Positions 37,794 to 48,524 of a DNA stretch of 64,000 nt are shown in pieces (position 1 is the stretch's first letter; each line of letters begins with the position of its first letter). This stretch comes from Candidatus Bathyarchaeota archaeon (GTDB taxonomy: Archaea; Thermoproteota; Bathyarchaeia; Bathyarchaeales; Bathycorpusculaceae), in assembly GCA_029881805.1 (NCBI GenBank), contig JAOULW010000005.1, positions 1 to 64,000 on the forward strand, in the 5' to 3' direction. A model generated the notes under the pieces. It saw only the letters and a list, made by a program, of their open reading frames with translations. It was not told the origin of the DNA and did no database searches. The position numbers were made by a program, and so were the translations under genes.

Positions 37794-38693
37794 GTGCATA
37801 AAAAAGTGGATGCCGCGCGTTTTATTAACAAGAATAATCAAATGAACTACTGTATGAATATGACCAACAGAGTAAATAAGAAAATAGTACAATATCATGA
37901 TGATACTCAAATTCTATACAATATCTTCTGGTCAAAGGCCCTTCATTATGGATTTTGGTATGAAGGAACTAAAAACTTATCTGACGCTGTTGAAAATACG
38001 AACAGATTCGTTTCCGAACTGTTGGACTTGCAAGAGAATGATTATGTGTTAGATGCTGGTTGCGGTGTTGGTGGTTCTTCCTTTTTCATGGCAAGATATT
38101 TTGGCGTTAAAATAAAAGGCATAACGTTGTCGTCAAAGCAAATAAAACAAGCAAGAAAAGACGCTGAAAGATTGCATCTTGGTGCTAAAGTGAGTTTCGA
38201 AAAAATGGATTTCAACAACACGAAGTTCAAAGATGACACCTTTACGAAGATTTTTTCCATAGAAAGCGCCTGCTATGCCCTCAACAAACTAGATTTTTTA
38301 AGAGAGGCATACAGAATTCTAAAAGAAGACGGTAAGATCGTTATTGTCGACGGTTTTCTAATCAAGAAAAATCTTTCTGAAAAAGAAAAGAAGATTTATG
38401 AAAAGTGGTTGCTCGGTTGGAAAGTAGATAATTTATCATCAAAAGACGATTTCTTAGAAGATTTAAGAAAGGTAGGTTTTAAAAATATAAGATTTTACAA
38501 TAAAACTAGTGAAGTCATGCCTTCAAGCAGAAGAATGGCTACATATGGATATCTGTCTTTCCCGTTGACTTTTATCTTGAGTAGACTAAAGTTAATATCA
38601 AAAAATGTTCACGAACATACTATTGGCTGCATAAATCAAAAGAAGACATTTTACAAATTCACAATTTATGGAGTATTCTATGCTCAAAAATAA
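37794..38693 (+). CDS. class I SAM-dependent methyltransferase
   Basis: Motif I VLDAGCGVGG and post-I/II acidic residues. Markedly AT-rich gene. Confidence 0.75.
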   Translation: MHKKVDAARFINKNNQMNYCMNMTNRVNKKIVQYHDDTQILYNIFWSKALHYGFWYEGTKNLSDAVENTNRFVSELLDLQENDYVLDAGCGVGGSSFFMARYFGVKIKGITLSSKQIKQARKDAERLHLGAKVSFEKMDFNNTKFKDDTFTKIFSIESACYALNKLDFLREAYRILKEDGKIVIVDGFLIKKNLSEKEKKIYEKWLLGWKVDNLSSKDDFLEDLRKVGFKNIRFYNKTSEVMPSSRRMATYGYLSFPLTFILSRLKLISKNVHEHTIGCINQKKTFYKFTIYGVFYAQK

Positions 38694-38715
38694 TTCCATC
38701 TATCTGATTCTATTA

Positions 38716-38786
38716 ACGCAGGCATGCGCAGAGGCCAATCGCGCGCCGATCGAGAGAGCCGAGGAGGAGCTCGACGCCTGTCATAG
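38716..38786. other. about 70-bp GC-rich palindrome-dense patch in an AT-rich intergenic region
   Basis: About 68% GC against a ~40% background. Contains GCATGC, GCGCGC, CGATCG and GAGCTC palindromes, closed by GCAGGC...GCCTGTC complementarity. Confidence 0.5.
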
Positions 38787-38914
38787 ATAGGCACTCAAAG
38801 AATCAAAAATGAAAGCGAGGAACTGGCTATCACCCTACTGCACTGGTAGCGGAGGAGATTGATATAACGATTATTTCATAAAGAGACCGAAGACAATTCT
38901 AGTGGTGCTCCAGA

Positions 38915-39433
38915 TTGCTTGCGGGAGAAACAGTGAATCTAAAGCTAATCGAGAAAGAAGAACTGCATATACTTGCAGATTGGCTGAATGATCATAAGTT
39001 CATGAGTGAGTATGAAACGCAAGAAACTATAGCAGACCTGGAGAAATCGTTTGGCAAAAAAGGTTCACAATGGTTTTTTGTAGAAAAGAAAAATGGCACC
39101 AAGATTGGCTGGGCTGCCAAATACCTGGTAGGAAAACAAATTACGATAGGATATGGTATAGCTCCCAATGAGAGAGGTAAGGGATATGCCACTGAAGCAG
39201 CAACCATTATTGTAGATTATCTTTTTCTCACAAATAAAATATTTCGGATTCAAGTTGATACTAGCACAAAAAACAAAGCTTCTCAGAGAGTTATAGAAAA
39301 GGTTGGCTTTCAAAAGGAAGGAATAATCAGAAAACACTTTTTCAGCTCAGGGAAATGGAGAGACTCGTTTCTTTATAGTATGTTGAGGGAAGAATGGAAA
39401 GAACCAAGAATACTGACAAGGAAATCAAAGTAA
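38915..39433 (+). CDS. GNAT N-acetyltransferase (RimJ/RimL-like)
   Basis: 172-aa ORF with a GNAT core motif (GYGIAPNERGKGYATEA). Confidence 0.8.
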   Translation: MLAGETVNLKLIEKEELHILADWLNDHKFMSEYETQETIADLEKSFGKKGSQWFFVEKKNGTKIGWAAKYLVGKQITIGYGIAPNERGKGYATEAATIIVDYLFLTNKIFRIQVDTSTKNKASQRVIEKVGFQKEGIIRKHFFSSGKWRDSFLYSMLREEWKEPRILTRKSK

Positions 39434-39573
39434 TGCCCTCCTATTTTTGTGTCGGGGCACATATCTAAGAATATTTCTCAGCATAGAAAAAGGGAGTTGG
39501 AGAGCACATCTCCATTTGTCCGGGGTCCAAATAACGTCCTGCCCGCCGGAAACGGACGGACGGCGTTCGATTC

Positions 39574-40143
39574 TCAGTTTCTCATTACTCTTTCATAGAT
39601 GTATGAGTAGACACCACCCTTCTCCTTGTCGAGTTCGGGGTCCCACACTTCTCTGATTTTGACGAAACCGTTCTTCTCATAGAAGTGGTGGTTGCGTCTG
39701 GCCCATTCAGTAGTCCCAAGCTTCCATCGCTTTGCCGGAAATGTTGTGAATATATACTGCAATGCTTTAGAACCAATCCCGCGGTTTTGCCATTCAGGAT
39801 CAACAAGGATGGTTCCCAACACGTTGTTACCAGGTTTTCCCACTTTTTCACCGACGAATACAATGAAAACTCCTGCAGGTTTTCCTCTCTTCTCTGCACC
39901 AATGAGAATTTTGTAAAATGAACCCAGTGGATATTGACCATTCCCTGTAAGACCCCACTTCATCAGGAAACTGCCATCATCGTACCCCGGTGGACTACCT
40001 TCTTCGGGCTTGCCTCTAAATCTTCGAGTATCATTATTAAAAACTCTGGTCATGTTCTCAGTCAGTTTCGGAATGTCATCTACTGTTGCTTTCTCAAATC
40101 GAAGTTCATGTATTTGTCTTACATGGGATCTTGGATTTCTCAT
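39574..40143 (-). CDS. GNAT family N-acetyltransferase
   Basis: Core motif ILVDPEWQNRGIGSKALQYI. Confidence 0.75.
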   Translation of the reverse strand: MRNPRSHVRQIHELRFEKATVDDIPKLTENMTRVFNNDTRRFRGKPEEGSPPGYDDGSFLMKWGLTGNGQYPLGSFYKILIGAEKRGKPAGVFIVFVGEKVGKPGNNVLGTILVDPEWQNRGIGSKALQYIFTTFPAKRWKLGTTEWARRNHHFYEKNGFVKIREVWDPELDKEKGGVYSYIYERVMRN

Positions 40144-40665
40144 TGATATTCCCTCTCTCGCTGCTGCAGATATATAAATGAGAATAAGTAGTTGCCTATC
40201 ACTGAACCTATCCTTTCATCTAGATTGATCCTGTTACTCATTATCTGTCTGTTCAATTGATCTTTGCAGTTCATTAACCAGAATCAATTTTGTTCCTATG
40301 CGACTGCTCGAAAAAAGGGGAGATGCCGGAGATATCATCCTCTGCTGAGCGGGTTACAACCAACAAGTCAGCCTCTTTTTGAAAAGGCACATGTTTGCTT
40401 AAGTTTCTAGTTGTGCGTTGAATCTGAAACATGATTGTAGTTGGCAGCGTGTTAGCAAGTTTTCTTGTTGGAAAAAACCTAGGGGGTAGGGGTCTGAAAA
40501 AGCTAGGGTCAGACAAGATTCTGTGTAGATGCTGAATAGTACGTGTTTGAGCTCGAAGATGATGTTAGAAAATGATTGGCCGCCCAGTTTAGAACAATGT
40601 CATTTTCTCTCTGTAGATTCTTAATTTTGAATTCTCCGCGGAATAAGAGAAAAACGAGGAATTCT

Positions 40666-41385
40666 CTATTTTACTGTGAGACTCTTTCTTCGCTGCTGTG
40701 AGCTACGCTTAAATAGTTCGGCATAAGGAACCAGAGCCCCGACAATCTTGTTTTCAGCCTTCTTAAGATGTTCTTGATAGGTTGTTCGTGGGACATTTTC
40801 CTTAGCAGCTATTGCCTGGACATCCGAGCCTCTTGGCAAGCTGTAATAGCCGTGTCGGTATGCAGTCAAAATAGCATCAATCTGCTTTTCAGTCAGATCC
40901 GAAAATAAAGCACCAGCTGTGAACGTCAGCGAACTTCCGATGAAGCCATCGACAGATACCTTTCGCAAGATCTTGTATGTCCATCCCCAATTTTCAAGGC
41001 GTCTCAAAAGTTCCTCGAAGTGTTCATGTTTAAACACAATAAGACGGTGATATGCCCAGCCGTTTTCTATGATGTTTGGAAAAATGTTGAGCAGGTCTAG
41101 CTCTCCAATGTGTCTCGCAATGGTGTCCTCATTCATACAGTGACATTCACGTGCTGTCAAATAGATCGGATTGTTAACAGATGATTCTTCGAGAAAACCA
41201 AGGATCTTAAACGCGCGTATCTCATCTACCACCAAAGAATACTCTTCAGGCTTTCTCACAACAACTTCCATGACATCGTTTTGTCTGTTACACCATATGC
41301 ATATAGTCATAGACGGAAACCTTCGTGACAAGTTCGTAAGAACGCCATCAAACGTTACTCTCAAATCAACTTCAAACAGAGTCAT
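40666..41385 (-). CDS. HTH_10 (bacterio-opsin-activator-type) DNA-binding protein
   Basis: C-terminal LTEKQIDAILTAYRHGYYSLPRGSDVQAIAAKENVPRTTYQEHLKKAENKIV matches the Bat-type HTH. Confidence 0.55.
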   Translation of the reverse strand: MTLFEVDLRVTFDGVLTNLSRRFPSMTICIWCNRQNDVMEVVVRKPEEYSLVVDEIRAFKILGFLEESSVNNPIYLTARECHCMNEDTIARHIGELDLLNIFPNIIENGWAYHRLIVFKHEHFEELLRRLENWGWTYKILRKVSVDGFIGSSLTFTAGALFSDLTEKQIDAILTAYRHGYYSLPRGSDVQAIAAKENVPRTTYQEHLKKAENKIVGALVPYAELFKRSSQQRRKSLTVK

Positions 41386-41523
41386 ATAACTCGACCATGC
41401 GTTAACTTTGTCACCATCCTATATATCAGTTTAGCAGTCATATGACCAGTATCCTAAGTGGGCATATGACGGCACAATGCCTTTGTCTCTCCTTACATAT
41501 AGATTTATGTGTGGTGACACAAA

Positions 41524-41775
41524 ATGAAAAAGGTTGAACCCCTAAGAAAAGGTTCTTTGAGAAGTAGACTGCTTCGCTTATTTGAAAAGGAAATAGGCTT
41601 TGAGTTGCCTTTCACTTCCAGAGAGGAAACCCAAGATGACATTCACTTAGGTATTCCAACATATTCTAATCAATACCTAAACCGCAACGAAATCAAAAAC
41701 GCTTTGTTGGAGGAAGAATACAAAAAGGCTCAAGGATTACGCACATGGGAAAGACTTCGTTGCGCTTTGGCTTGA
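41524..41775 (+). CDS. small hypothetical protein
   Basis: 83-aa ORF divergent from the HTH_10 regulator. Confidence 0.3.
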   Translation: MKKVEPLRKGSLRSRLLRLFEKEIGFELPFTSREETQDDIHLGIPTYSNQYLNRNEIKNALLEEEYKKAQGLRTWERLRCALA

Positions 41776-42276
41776 AAGGATCATCTCTAAAATCTCTTTT
41801 CCCTCTTTTTAGAGGCCTTCATGAATTCTGATTAATCGTTAATTAAATGAAACTTGGATCTGCCTTGAATAGCGCACTTAAAGAATAGAAAATATGAGGA
41901 TTATGCGGGAATTATCATCCCGCTGTGCCTAGTTCAAATCTATTTCGTCAGATCTGACATTTTGAACGCATATAACGTTTAAAACGTCGCGAACGTCTTC
42001 AAAAGACTGGCGTCCGCCGACTACTCTAAAAATAACAAATTCGCCCAACCTGTACCCAGAACGCTCTCGATTGAATGGATGCGAGGTTGGATGGAGATTA
42101 GCGCGTATCGTCTTATTTCAAAATTTTCAGATGGACCGGAGTCAAAGGAGTCCTGTTTACTTAGAATTGCACCAAAGAGACTCGAGTGGCAAGACACTTG
42201 GGAATGCGAACAAAAATCTAAAGGTTAACTTGAAGAGCTGAGCGTGTTTTTTAAGAAACAGATATACAGCATCCTG

Positions 42277-42303
42277 AACCCCACACTTTTCTGGGGTTTC
42301 CCC
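42277..42303 (-). terminator. hairpin just after the 42306-42629 gene
   Basis: GAACCCCA-N8-TGGGGTTC inverted repeat directly downstream of the stop. No clear T-tract. Confidence 0.3.
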
Positions 42304-42305
42304 GC

Positions 42306-42629
42306 TTATATTGCAGAGGCCCATATTTCCATGAAGAATGTAGCCGGTTCTATGAACTGCAAGAGTTCTTGATGCATTTTCTGGAATTCTTTGTCTTTGT
42401 CCTCTTTTGCCCAGCACTTTTCAAGGTCTGTTAGGTTTTCAAATTCCCACATTGAAACGTATGCACCAGCTGTGCCACCAAACATTTGCCTGAAGAGCTT
42501 CCATGATTTAACTTCTTTGAACAGTTCTGGATTTTCTTGCTTGTATTTGAGGACTCTCTGCATTAACAATTTAAACTCCTCATGTTTCTCAGGTTTGACG
42601 ACAACTGTTTCTACTACAAAAATTGTCAA
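42306..42629 (-). CDS. ABM/NIPSNAP-like ferredoxin-fold protein
   Basis: 107-aa ORF, size and pattern of Dabb/ABM-fold proteins. Confidence 0.4.
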   Translation of the reverse strand: MTIFVVETVVVKPEKHEEFKLLMQRVLKYKQENPELFKEVKSWKLFRQMFGGTAGAYVSMWEFENLTDLEKCWAKEDKDKEFQKMHQELLQFIEPATFFMEIWASAI

Positions 42630-42709
42630 TTTACCATCGCCTTTTTTCCTGAATTACTACTATTGCATTTTTCTTTCTCTATTCTTATTTCTCTTTTGTC
42701 ACCTTTCAA

Positions 42710-43465
42710 TTATCTCAAGATATTGACGAGATGTGTGAGGTCTTGAATTGTTGAGATTGAGGCGTTTTCCATGTCTTCTTTACTACTGAATCCGGTTAAA
42801 ACACCTATTGTGTTGATTCCCAACTTCTTTGCGGGTTCCAATTCTCCAACTGAATCACCTACGCACAACATGTCTTTGGGATCTATTTTGGTTAGTCCAA
42901 TGGCACATTCATACAGTTTTGTTCTTTGTTCCTGAAAAGGTAGCAATGGTATCTCCCTAACTCTGTAGTATCTTGCGGCAACTTCTCTGGTAACAATCAA
43001 TGAGAAGAACTTTCTAATGTTAAAAATCTCTAGTTCCTCTTCGGTGGAGGAAAGATTGTCTCTAGAGGTCACAATAACCAGTCTGTATCTATTAGAAAGC
43101 CTAGAAAGCACATCACATACGCCATTGTGGATTTTCGTTAAGTTCAAAGCTTCTCTCTTCGTGAAGTGGGTAAAACTTGCCTTGATGTATTCTTCTTCTT
43201 CTTTTTCCGTGAATTTTATATTAAGTTCTTTAATTACGCCCATCGTTCCTATGCCATAACGGTATCGTTGCCTAACTTCATCTAAAGAAACATTATGGCC
43301 AAGCTCGTTTAGAGCCTTATAGCGTGCAAACGCGTCTCTCTCAATTATATCGAAAATCGTTCCATCAAGATCGAAGAGAATCGCTTTCACTTTCAGCTTT
43401 CGGTGTTTCGCATCACACCGTTTCTGCGACGAGTTTTGGCTTCGATGCATATTGTATCCAACCAC
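42710..43465 (-). CDS. HAD-superfamily hydrolase (phosphatase)
   Basis: Motif I ILFDLDGTIFD, motif II/III (GD..E). Confidence 0.8.
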   Translation of the reverse strand: MVGYNMHRSQNSSQKRCDAKHRKLKVKAILFDLDGTIFDIIERDAFARYKALNELGHNVSLDEVRQRYRYGIGTMGVIKELNIKFTEKEEEEYIKASFTHFTKREALNLTKIHNGVCDVLSRLSNRYRLVIVTSRDNLSSTEEELEIFNIRKFFSLIVTREVAARYYRVREIPLLPFQEQRTKLYECAIGLTKIDPKDMLCVGDSVGELEPAKKLGINTIGVLTGFSSKEDMENASISTIQDLTHLVNILR

Positions 43466-43774
43466 GACATAAATGTACTACGCAAATATACAACTCTTTT
43501 TGCGCGCGTCGCATATTTCCGTAAAGAGATTCACTTGAATTTGCATCTCCTTCCTTTATTGTACACAATTGGAGCTTTAAATATCCTCACAGAACGCTAC
43601 ATTGGTATTTCACTAAATCCCTAGCCATATTAGGATGAACCTCAAGAGATTCGAACCCTGGACAAATGGAGATATCTTCCGAAAATCCGATTTTTCTTCG
43701 GTTCTGCCTACTGGAATGTTGGAATTCTTGTTTTTAAGCGAAGACCAAGAGAATCTCTACTTAGAGTAGCGATA

Positions 43775-44095
43775 CTAGTGCAAGCTCTCTGATTTTCTAC
43801 TGGCATTTTTACGCTTAAGCTTTTTACATGCTTCACGCGCAACCTCGCAAACAACGAATATTTCCACGAAAAGACCAAACACCATCAATGCTAGTGGCAG
43901 AATAGAGTTTGAGGGATACCAACCACCGTACATGTGAGGACGACCATAGAACAAAAACAGCAGTAACACACCGATATAATCAATATAATAGAGTAGATAT
44001 CTATAGCTACTCCATGAGAATATGGCATAAATTGCTACGCTTGCCAGCAAGTAGACTAATACCCTGTATCTCCTTTTACTCCAATCAAACTTCAT
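43775..44095 (-). CDS. small membrane protein
   Basis: 106 aa with three hydrophobic segments. Confidence 0.3.
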   Translation of the reverse strand: MKFDWSKRRYRVLVYLLASVAIYAIFSWSSYRYLLYYIDYIGVLLLFLFYGRPHMYGGWYPSNSILPLALMVFGLFVEIFVVCEVAREACKKLKRKNASRKSESLH

Positions 44096-44535
44096 TTAGC
44101 TCGCCTTTGAAAGTTCACTCTGCCCATTTGTCAAAGCCCATATTATCGTGCGGATTATAATCCATTTCATTGATGCTTTCTTCTGGAGTGTTCTTCCAAA
44201 ACCTTAAATTTTAGCTTTACCTTTTCCATAGTCTTCAGATTATCATTTACTAACTGCCCTAAAGCTTCTTTTGAGTTATACCTTCTGTCTTTGCAATTTC
44301 ATCAAGTTTCTTAGAAATGTAGGGAGAGAACTCCACTCTCAGCGAGCGTATTTCCCCTTCAGTATATGTGGTATATCAGTATTTCCAAAAAGCCAACTAA
44401 TAGTTAGGTCTGCCCCCGCAATCTCTTTCTTCGTGCTCACGCGCTATACTAGAAATTACTTCTATAAATTAGCCACATAAATGTTTAAGATGCAGTGTTC
44501 ATGTAAACATATCAAGCTATTAAATGGGATGAAAA

Positions 44536-45441
44536 ATGAAAACCAAACCAAATAAGATTACATATATTGCGTTCGGATTCTCGCTTTTATTGGTTATCGC
44601 AGTGGTAGGCGGACTCATAAACGCCAGTTTTGAAAACACTGTTAACGTGCACGAAGAGATTACGTACTATTCCAATGTCGAGTACCCCAACGTGAAGTCA
44701 TGTAACGAGACTCCAGGTGGTGGAATTTGGACAGAACCCATATTGAATACATTAGGGCTCTACTATGATTCTCCTCTCGACCATGGAGAGATAGGTGTCC
44801 TTGAGATCACTGAGCCAAAGCTCGTGTACCGAGTTGAGGTCTATGGTAGCGGCTGTGAACCACCAGTGAATCTAACCTGTAGTGGAATAACTGTAGAAGT
44901 GCAGTCCTTCCATGATGCTCCGCCTCTTGGTAACGAAACAATAACCTTTGACATTAGTTGGTCTGAAGTGATAACACTATATACAACACAACATGATGAT
45001 GATGTCAATAAGGGATTTGGTATTAAATGGATCAAGCTGTATTATGTGACTGCAATCACCTCAGAATTAAACGTGGACCCAGACACTTTGAATCTGAGAA
45101 GCCGTGGTTCATGGATAACATGTTACATCGAGCTTTCAGAAGACTATGAACTTGAAGACATTAATCTTTCTACGATTTTGTTGAACGACACTATCCTAGC
45201 TGAAACACGTCCAACGGCCATTGGAGACCACGACGAAGATGGTGTTCCTGATTTGATGTTGAAATTTGACAGAGCCGAGGTGGAGTCCTTTATCTGGGAC
45301 GCTATAAGCACTACGCAACTCCCCGAGGATAGGCATCTATCCGTAACACTGACTATCTCGGGTGAACTGACTACTCCTGAAGGAAGCATGCTCCAAGGAA
45401 ATGACACAATAAGAGTCCTGTGTCAGAAAATGGACGCCTGA
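44536..45441 (+). CDS. secreted or anchored hypothetical protein
   Basis: N-terminal TM/signal anchor (ITYIAFGFSLLLVIAVVGGL), acidic beta-rich body. Confidence 0.45.
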   Translation: MKTKPNKITYIAFGFSLLLVIAVVGGLINASFENTVNVHEEITYYSNVEYPNVKSCNETPGGGIWTEPILNTLGLYYDSPLDHGEIGVLEITEPKLVYRVEVYGSGCEPPVNLTCSGITVEVQSFHDAPPLGNETITFDISWSEVITLYTTQHDDDVNKGFGIKWIKLYYVTAITSELNVDPDTLNLRSRGSWITCYIELSEDYELEDINLSTILLNDTILAETRPTAIGDHDEDGVPDLMLKFDRAEVESFIWDAISTTQLPEDRHLSVTLTISGELTTPEGSMLQGNDTIRVLCQKMDA

Positions 45442-45620
45442 ATCGGCAATTAGTGCGCGCTAGAACACGCGGAGCATCAAGAAAGAAAAGTGTCTAAATT
45501 CTCTCAATCATTAGCAATAGCTATAACCCAGTATTTTCGCCGTGAACTCGAAAATTCTGGCAGGAAAGACAAGGAAAAGCTCAGCTGGGATGCGCTTAGA
45601 TGATTGTGTTTTTTATGTTG

Positions 45621-46115
45621 CTACGGCCGGATTGTTTTTGCAAGATATGAAAATGAGAGTTCTTTGATTTCTCCTTCTCCTAGAACCATGACAAAGCTTT
45701 TAATGTCTTCCATGTGCTTTCCCCAATCCATTCGGAACAAAGCTAGTTTTTGAGCATAATCTCTATAATCTTTATGTAAAGACACTATTACTCCAGTCAT
45801 TCCTATTCCCTCTCCGGTTGTAGCAAAGATTGCGTTTGGAAATTTCGATGCATAAGCCTTCACTTTTCCAATTAATTCATCCGAAAGGATCTCTGGACGC
45901 ATTTTAGTGAAGGTGAATGCCATTATTTCGAATCCTATTTTTCTCCAATCCGGAATAATTGTGTAGCTTCTGATGAAGCCCTCTCGCTCAAGTCTTTGGC
46001 GAACTCTAGTTATGGTGGGTTGCGAAACTTTCAAATCTCGCGCAAGTTCCCTGTCACTTCTCTTAGAATTTTTTAGAAGCTCAGCCAGCAGCTTCTCTCT
46101 AATTTCTTTTTTCAT
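45621..46115 (-). CDS. Lrp/AsnC-type HTH transcriptional regulator
   Basis: N-terminal HTH (RSDRELARDLKVSQPTITRVRQRLEREGFIRSY) plus C-terminal effector-like domain. Confidence 0.65.
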   Translation of the reverse strand: MKKEIREKLLAELLKNSKRSDRELARDLKVSQPTITRVRQRLEREGFIRSYTIIPDWRKIGFEIMAFTFTKMRPEILSDELIGKVKAYASKFPNAIFATTGEGIGMTGVIVSLHKDYRDYAQKLALFRMDWGKHMEDIKSFVMVLGEGEIKELSFSYLAKTIRP

Positions 46116-46333
46116 GTTATCGAATATGCAAATATAGTGTTAATAATTTTTCGGATTTGGAACGTCAGATAGCTCTTCGTGCATAAAATGTTAAAATAGG
46201 TTGTCAAAGACATTTTCACCTTGAATTGCTGTGACTATGCCTTCAATTTTCCATCATTCTCTTCTAGCGAGCTTTTGACTACTGAGAAATACTGATTTAC
46301 TTGATTCTCCACAAAGAAAGTTTAGTGAGATGT

Positions 46334-46882
46334 ATGGATCTAGATCAAGCACTGAAAGGTAGGAGAAGCGTCCGTAGTTATCTTGACAAAAGTGTCCAAG
46401 AGGACTTAGTGAGGCAAGTGATCGAAGCTGCCACATTTGCCCCGTCTGCGAAGAACGGTCAACAGTGGCGCTTCACAGTATTAATAGGTAATGCGAAAAA
46501 GGCTCTGACTGATCTCTTCAGACATGAACTGGAAGTAGTTTCACAAAGAATCGGCCTTGAGAACATGGGATCTTCTTTCTCGTCATGTAGTATTATGGAA
46601 AAGGCGCCAGTTGTGATTATGGTCTGGAATGCTGGAGAAAAGAGTTGGGAGACTGAGATTCACAGTGTTGCAGCGGCGATTCAAAATGTGCTTCTTAAGG
46701 CTTATGCTCTGGGATTAGGGACAGTATGGATTGGTGACATCTTCTATACGCTTAGCGCTTTGAAACGTCACCTTGGAAAGCCGTGGAAGCTAATGGCAGC
46801 AGTTGCGCTTGGATGGCCTGCCCATGTTTCAAATCCACGACCAAGGAAATCAGTTGATGAAGTCACCGAGTTCTTGAGTTAG
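46334..46882 (+). CDS. nitroreductase family protein
   Basis: N-terminal ..ALKGRRSVRSY.. and nitroreductase fold throughout. Start assigned to the internal ATG. Confidence 0.85.
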   Translation: MDLDQALKGRRSVRSYLDKSVQEDLVRQVIEAATFAPSAKNGQQWRFTVLIGNAKKALTDLFRHELEVVSQRIGLENMGSSFSSCSIMEKAPVVIMVWNAGEKSWETEIHSVAAAIQNVLLKAYALGLGTVWIGDIFYTLSALKRHLGKPWKLMAAVALGWPAHVSNPRPRKSVDEVTEFLS

Positions 46883-47318
46883 CTTCATCTGAGTTATGAA
46901 GCGAACTGGTATTCGTAATTACTTAAGTACACACGGTGCTCTACGTTAGGCAAGTTTTTTTGCTTAACGAAGGGCAGTTTAAAAGGACCTTTTCTTTCGG
47001 AAGCTCACCCTTAATCCCCATTATTTTGGCGAGTTCAGTCAAGCCGCTCAACAGGGTTTTGCATACGAAATAGCCTTTTCTACTTTCAATTTCTGCTCTT
47101 CTGCTTGAAACATTACCAATAATGGTAACAGCAATAATTGCGAGACCGCAAGAAACTACAATGATCCTAAAAGCCGTCCAGTAAGGCACATTGTGACTTC
47201 TTCCTTCATTGATAAATCTGTTTTAACGTGTAGTCTTGACAGAAGACTCAGCAGGTATACTCTTGAATCGTAAGATTTAATTAGCACTCCCCACATCGTC
47301 TATATTGGGAAAACCTCC

Positions 47319-47591
47319 ATGGGAAAATCAAAGAAGACTCCCTTAGCGAGGGGACTCATAGGCAGTAAAGCCCAATCAGTCCATGGACAACTCGAAGTGA
47401 CTTACGTTAACTACAATACCGTCCACATTGCGATTTGGAGGAAAATATATTCCGGCCTTTCAGATGTTAATTTTTCAGTAGCAGACACCGACCTGCCAGA
47501 TATTCTAGAAATCTTAACCGAAGCCCAGAAAAAAATGGAAGGCTATTGGCTTTCAAGAATTTCAGCAAAAACATTTAAAACAAAATCTTAA
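47319..47591 (+). CDS. hypothetical protein
   Basis: 90-aa ORF, no motif. Confidence 0.3.
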   Translation: MGKSKKTPLARGLIGSKAQSVHGQLEVTYVNYNTVHIAIWRKIYSGLSDVNFSVADTDLPDILEILTEAQKKMEGYWLSRISAKTFKTKS

Positions 47592-47625
47592 TCAGTCACA
47601 ATTCAACAGCAAGAAAAAAGAAAGG

Positions 47626-47940
47626 CTATTCTGAGTCTTGTTTTTCATTGTTTTCCTTTTTGATAAATTTCGTGGATATTTCTCTGATTAGAGGTTCTTT
47701 TCCGCCGCCTTCTATCTCTACTTTAGCGTTTGGATACCGCTGCTGAAGTTGTTTTCTTAGCATGTTTACGTCAGTATCTTTTCCGACCTTAGCTCGGACT
47801 TTCGTTCCCTCAGGGGTTTGTGTTACGCTTATGGAATAGCCGCTTTCCGGAAATTCATTAAATAGTTTTGCTTCATCGAAAAGAGAGCTTCCGAACAGCC
47901 CATCTATTATGCTTCGCCTACGCTTGCTCTTGGAAGTCAT
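47626..47940 (-). CDS. hypothetical protein
   Basis: 104-aa ORF, no motif. Confidence 0.3.
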   Translation of the reverse strand: MTSKSKRRRSIIDGLFGSSLFDEAKLFNEFPESGYSISVTQTPEGTKVRAKVGKDTDVNMLRKQLQQRYPNAKVEIEGGGKEPLIREISTKFIKKENNEKQDSE

Positions 47941-48032
47941 AATTCCACCCCAAAACCGAAAAGGGGGTCTCTTTCTTAAAAACTTATTAGCTGATTAAAA
48001 CGTTGTAGCATTGTGGCTGCCTGGGTGAAAAC

Positions 48033-48512
48033 ATGAATGGCAAAGTTGTAGTATTGATGGGCTCAGAGAAGGATTTGGAGCTTTGCCGCGAAATAGGCAC
48101 GCACGTAAAGGCTTTAGGACTGGATTACGAGTTTCGAGTTGCTTCGGCGCACAAGACTCCAGAAAAAGTCTTAGAAATTCTGAGAGAATTTGAGAAGGAA
48201 CGGGTCGTTTACATAACGGTTGCCGGGAGATCCAATGCCCTAAGTGCTTTTGCTGACGCTAACACTGCAAAACCTGTTATTGCTTGTCCGCAATATTCGG
48301 AAAAGTTTGGCGGCGCTGACATTTACTCTTCACTTAGGGTTCCGAGTGGAGTAGGTTCGGTTGTAACGATTGAGCCGGAGGGATCCGCTATCGCCGCTGC
48401 AAAAATTTTTGCCGTAGAAGACCAAGAGCTAGCTGAACGCATAAGAGAATATCAGCAACGAAAGAAAAGTGAAGTTGAAAAGGCTGACAAAGCTGTCAAA
48501 AGGTTGAAGTAG
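48033..48512 (+). CDS. purE: N5-CAIR mutase / AIR carboxylase PurE
   Basis: PurE fold with SAHKTP motif. Confidence 0.85.
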   Translation: MNGKVVVLMGSEKDLELCREIGTHVKALGLDYEFRVASAHKTPEKVLEILREFEKERVVYITVAGRSNALSAFADANTAKPVIACPQYSEKFGGADIYSSLRVPSGVGSVVTIEPEGSAIAAAKIFAVEDQELAERIREYQQRKKSEVEKADKAVKRLK

Positions 48513-48524
48513 TGAATTAAAATC

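Noticed and set aside
39447-39656. 69-aa ORF and GC-rich stem (CCGCCGGAAACGGACGGACGG) between the convergent GNAT genes
   Set aside because: Lies in the convergent 3'-3' gap. More consistent with terminator hairpins than with a gene or tRNA.
43646-43661. GAGATTCGAACCCTGG, antisense of a GGGTTCGAATC T-loop-like motif
   Set aside because: No flanking sequence that can complete a T-stem or acceptor stem. Treated as chance similarity.
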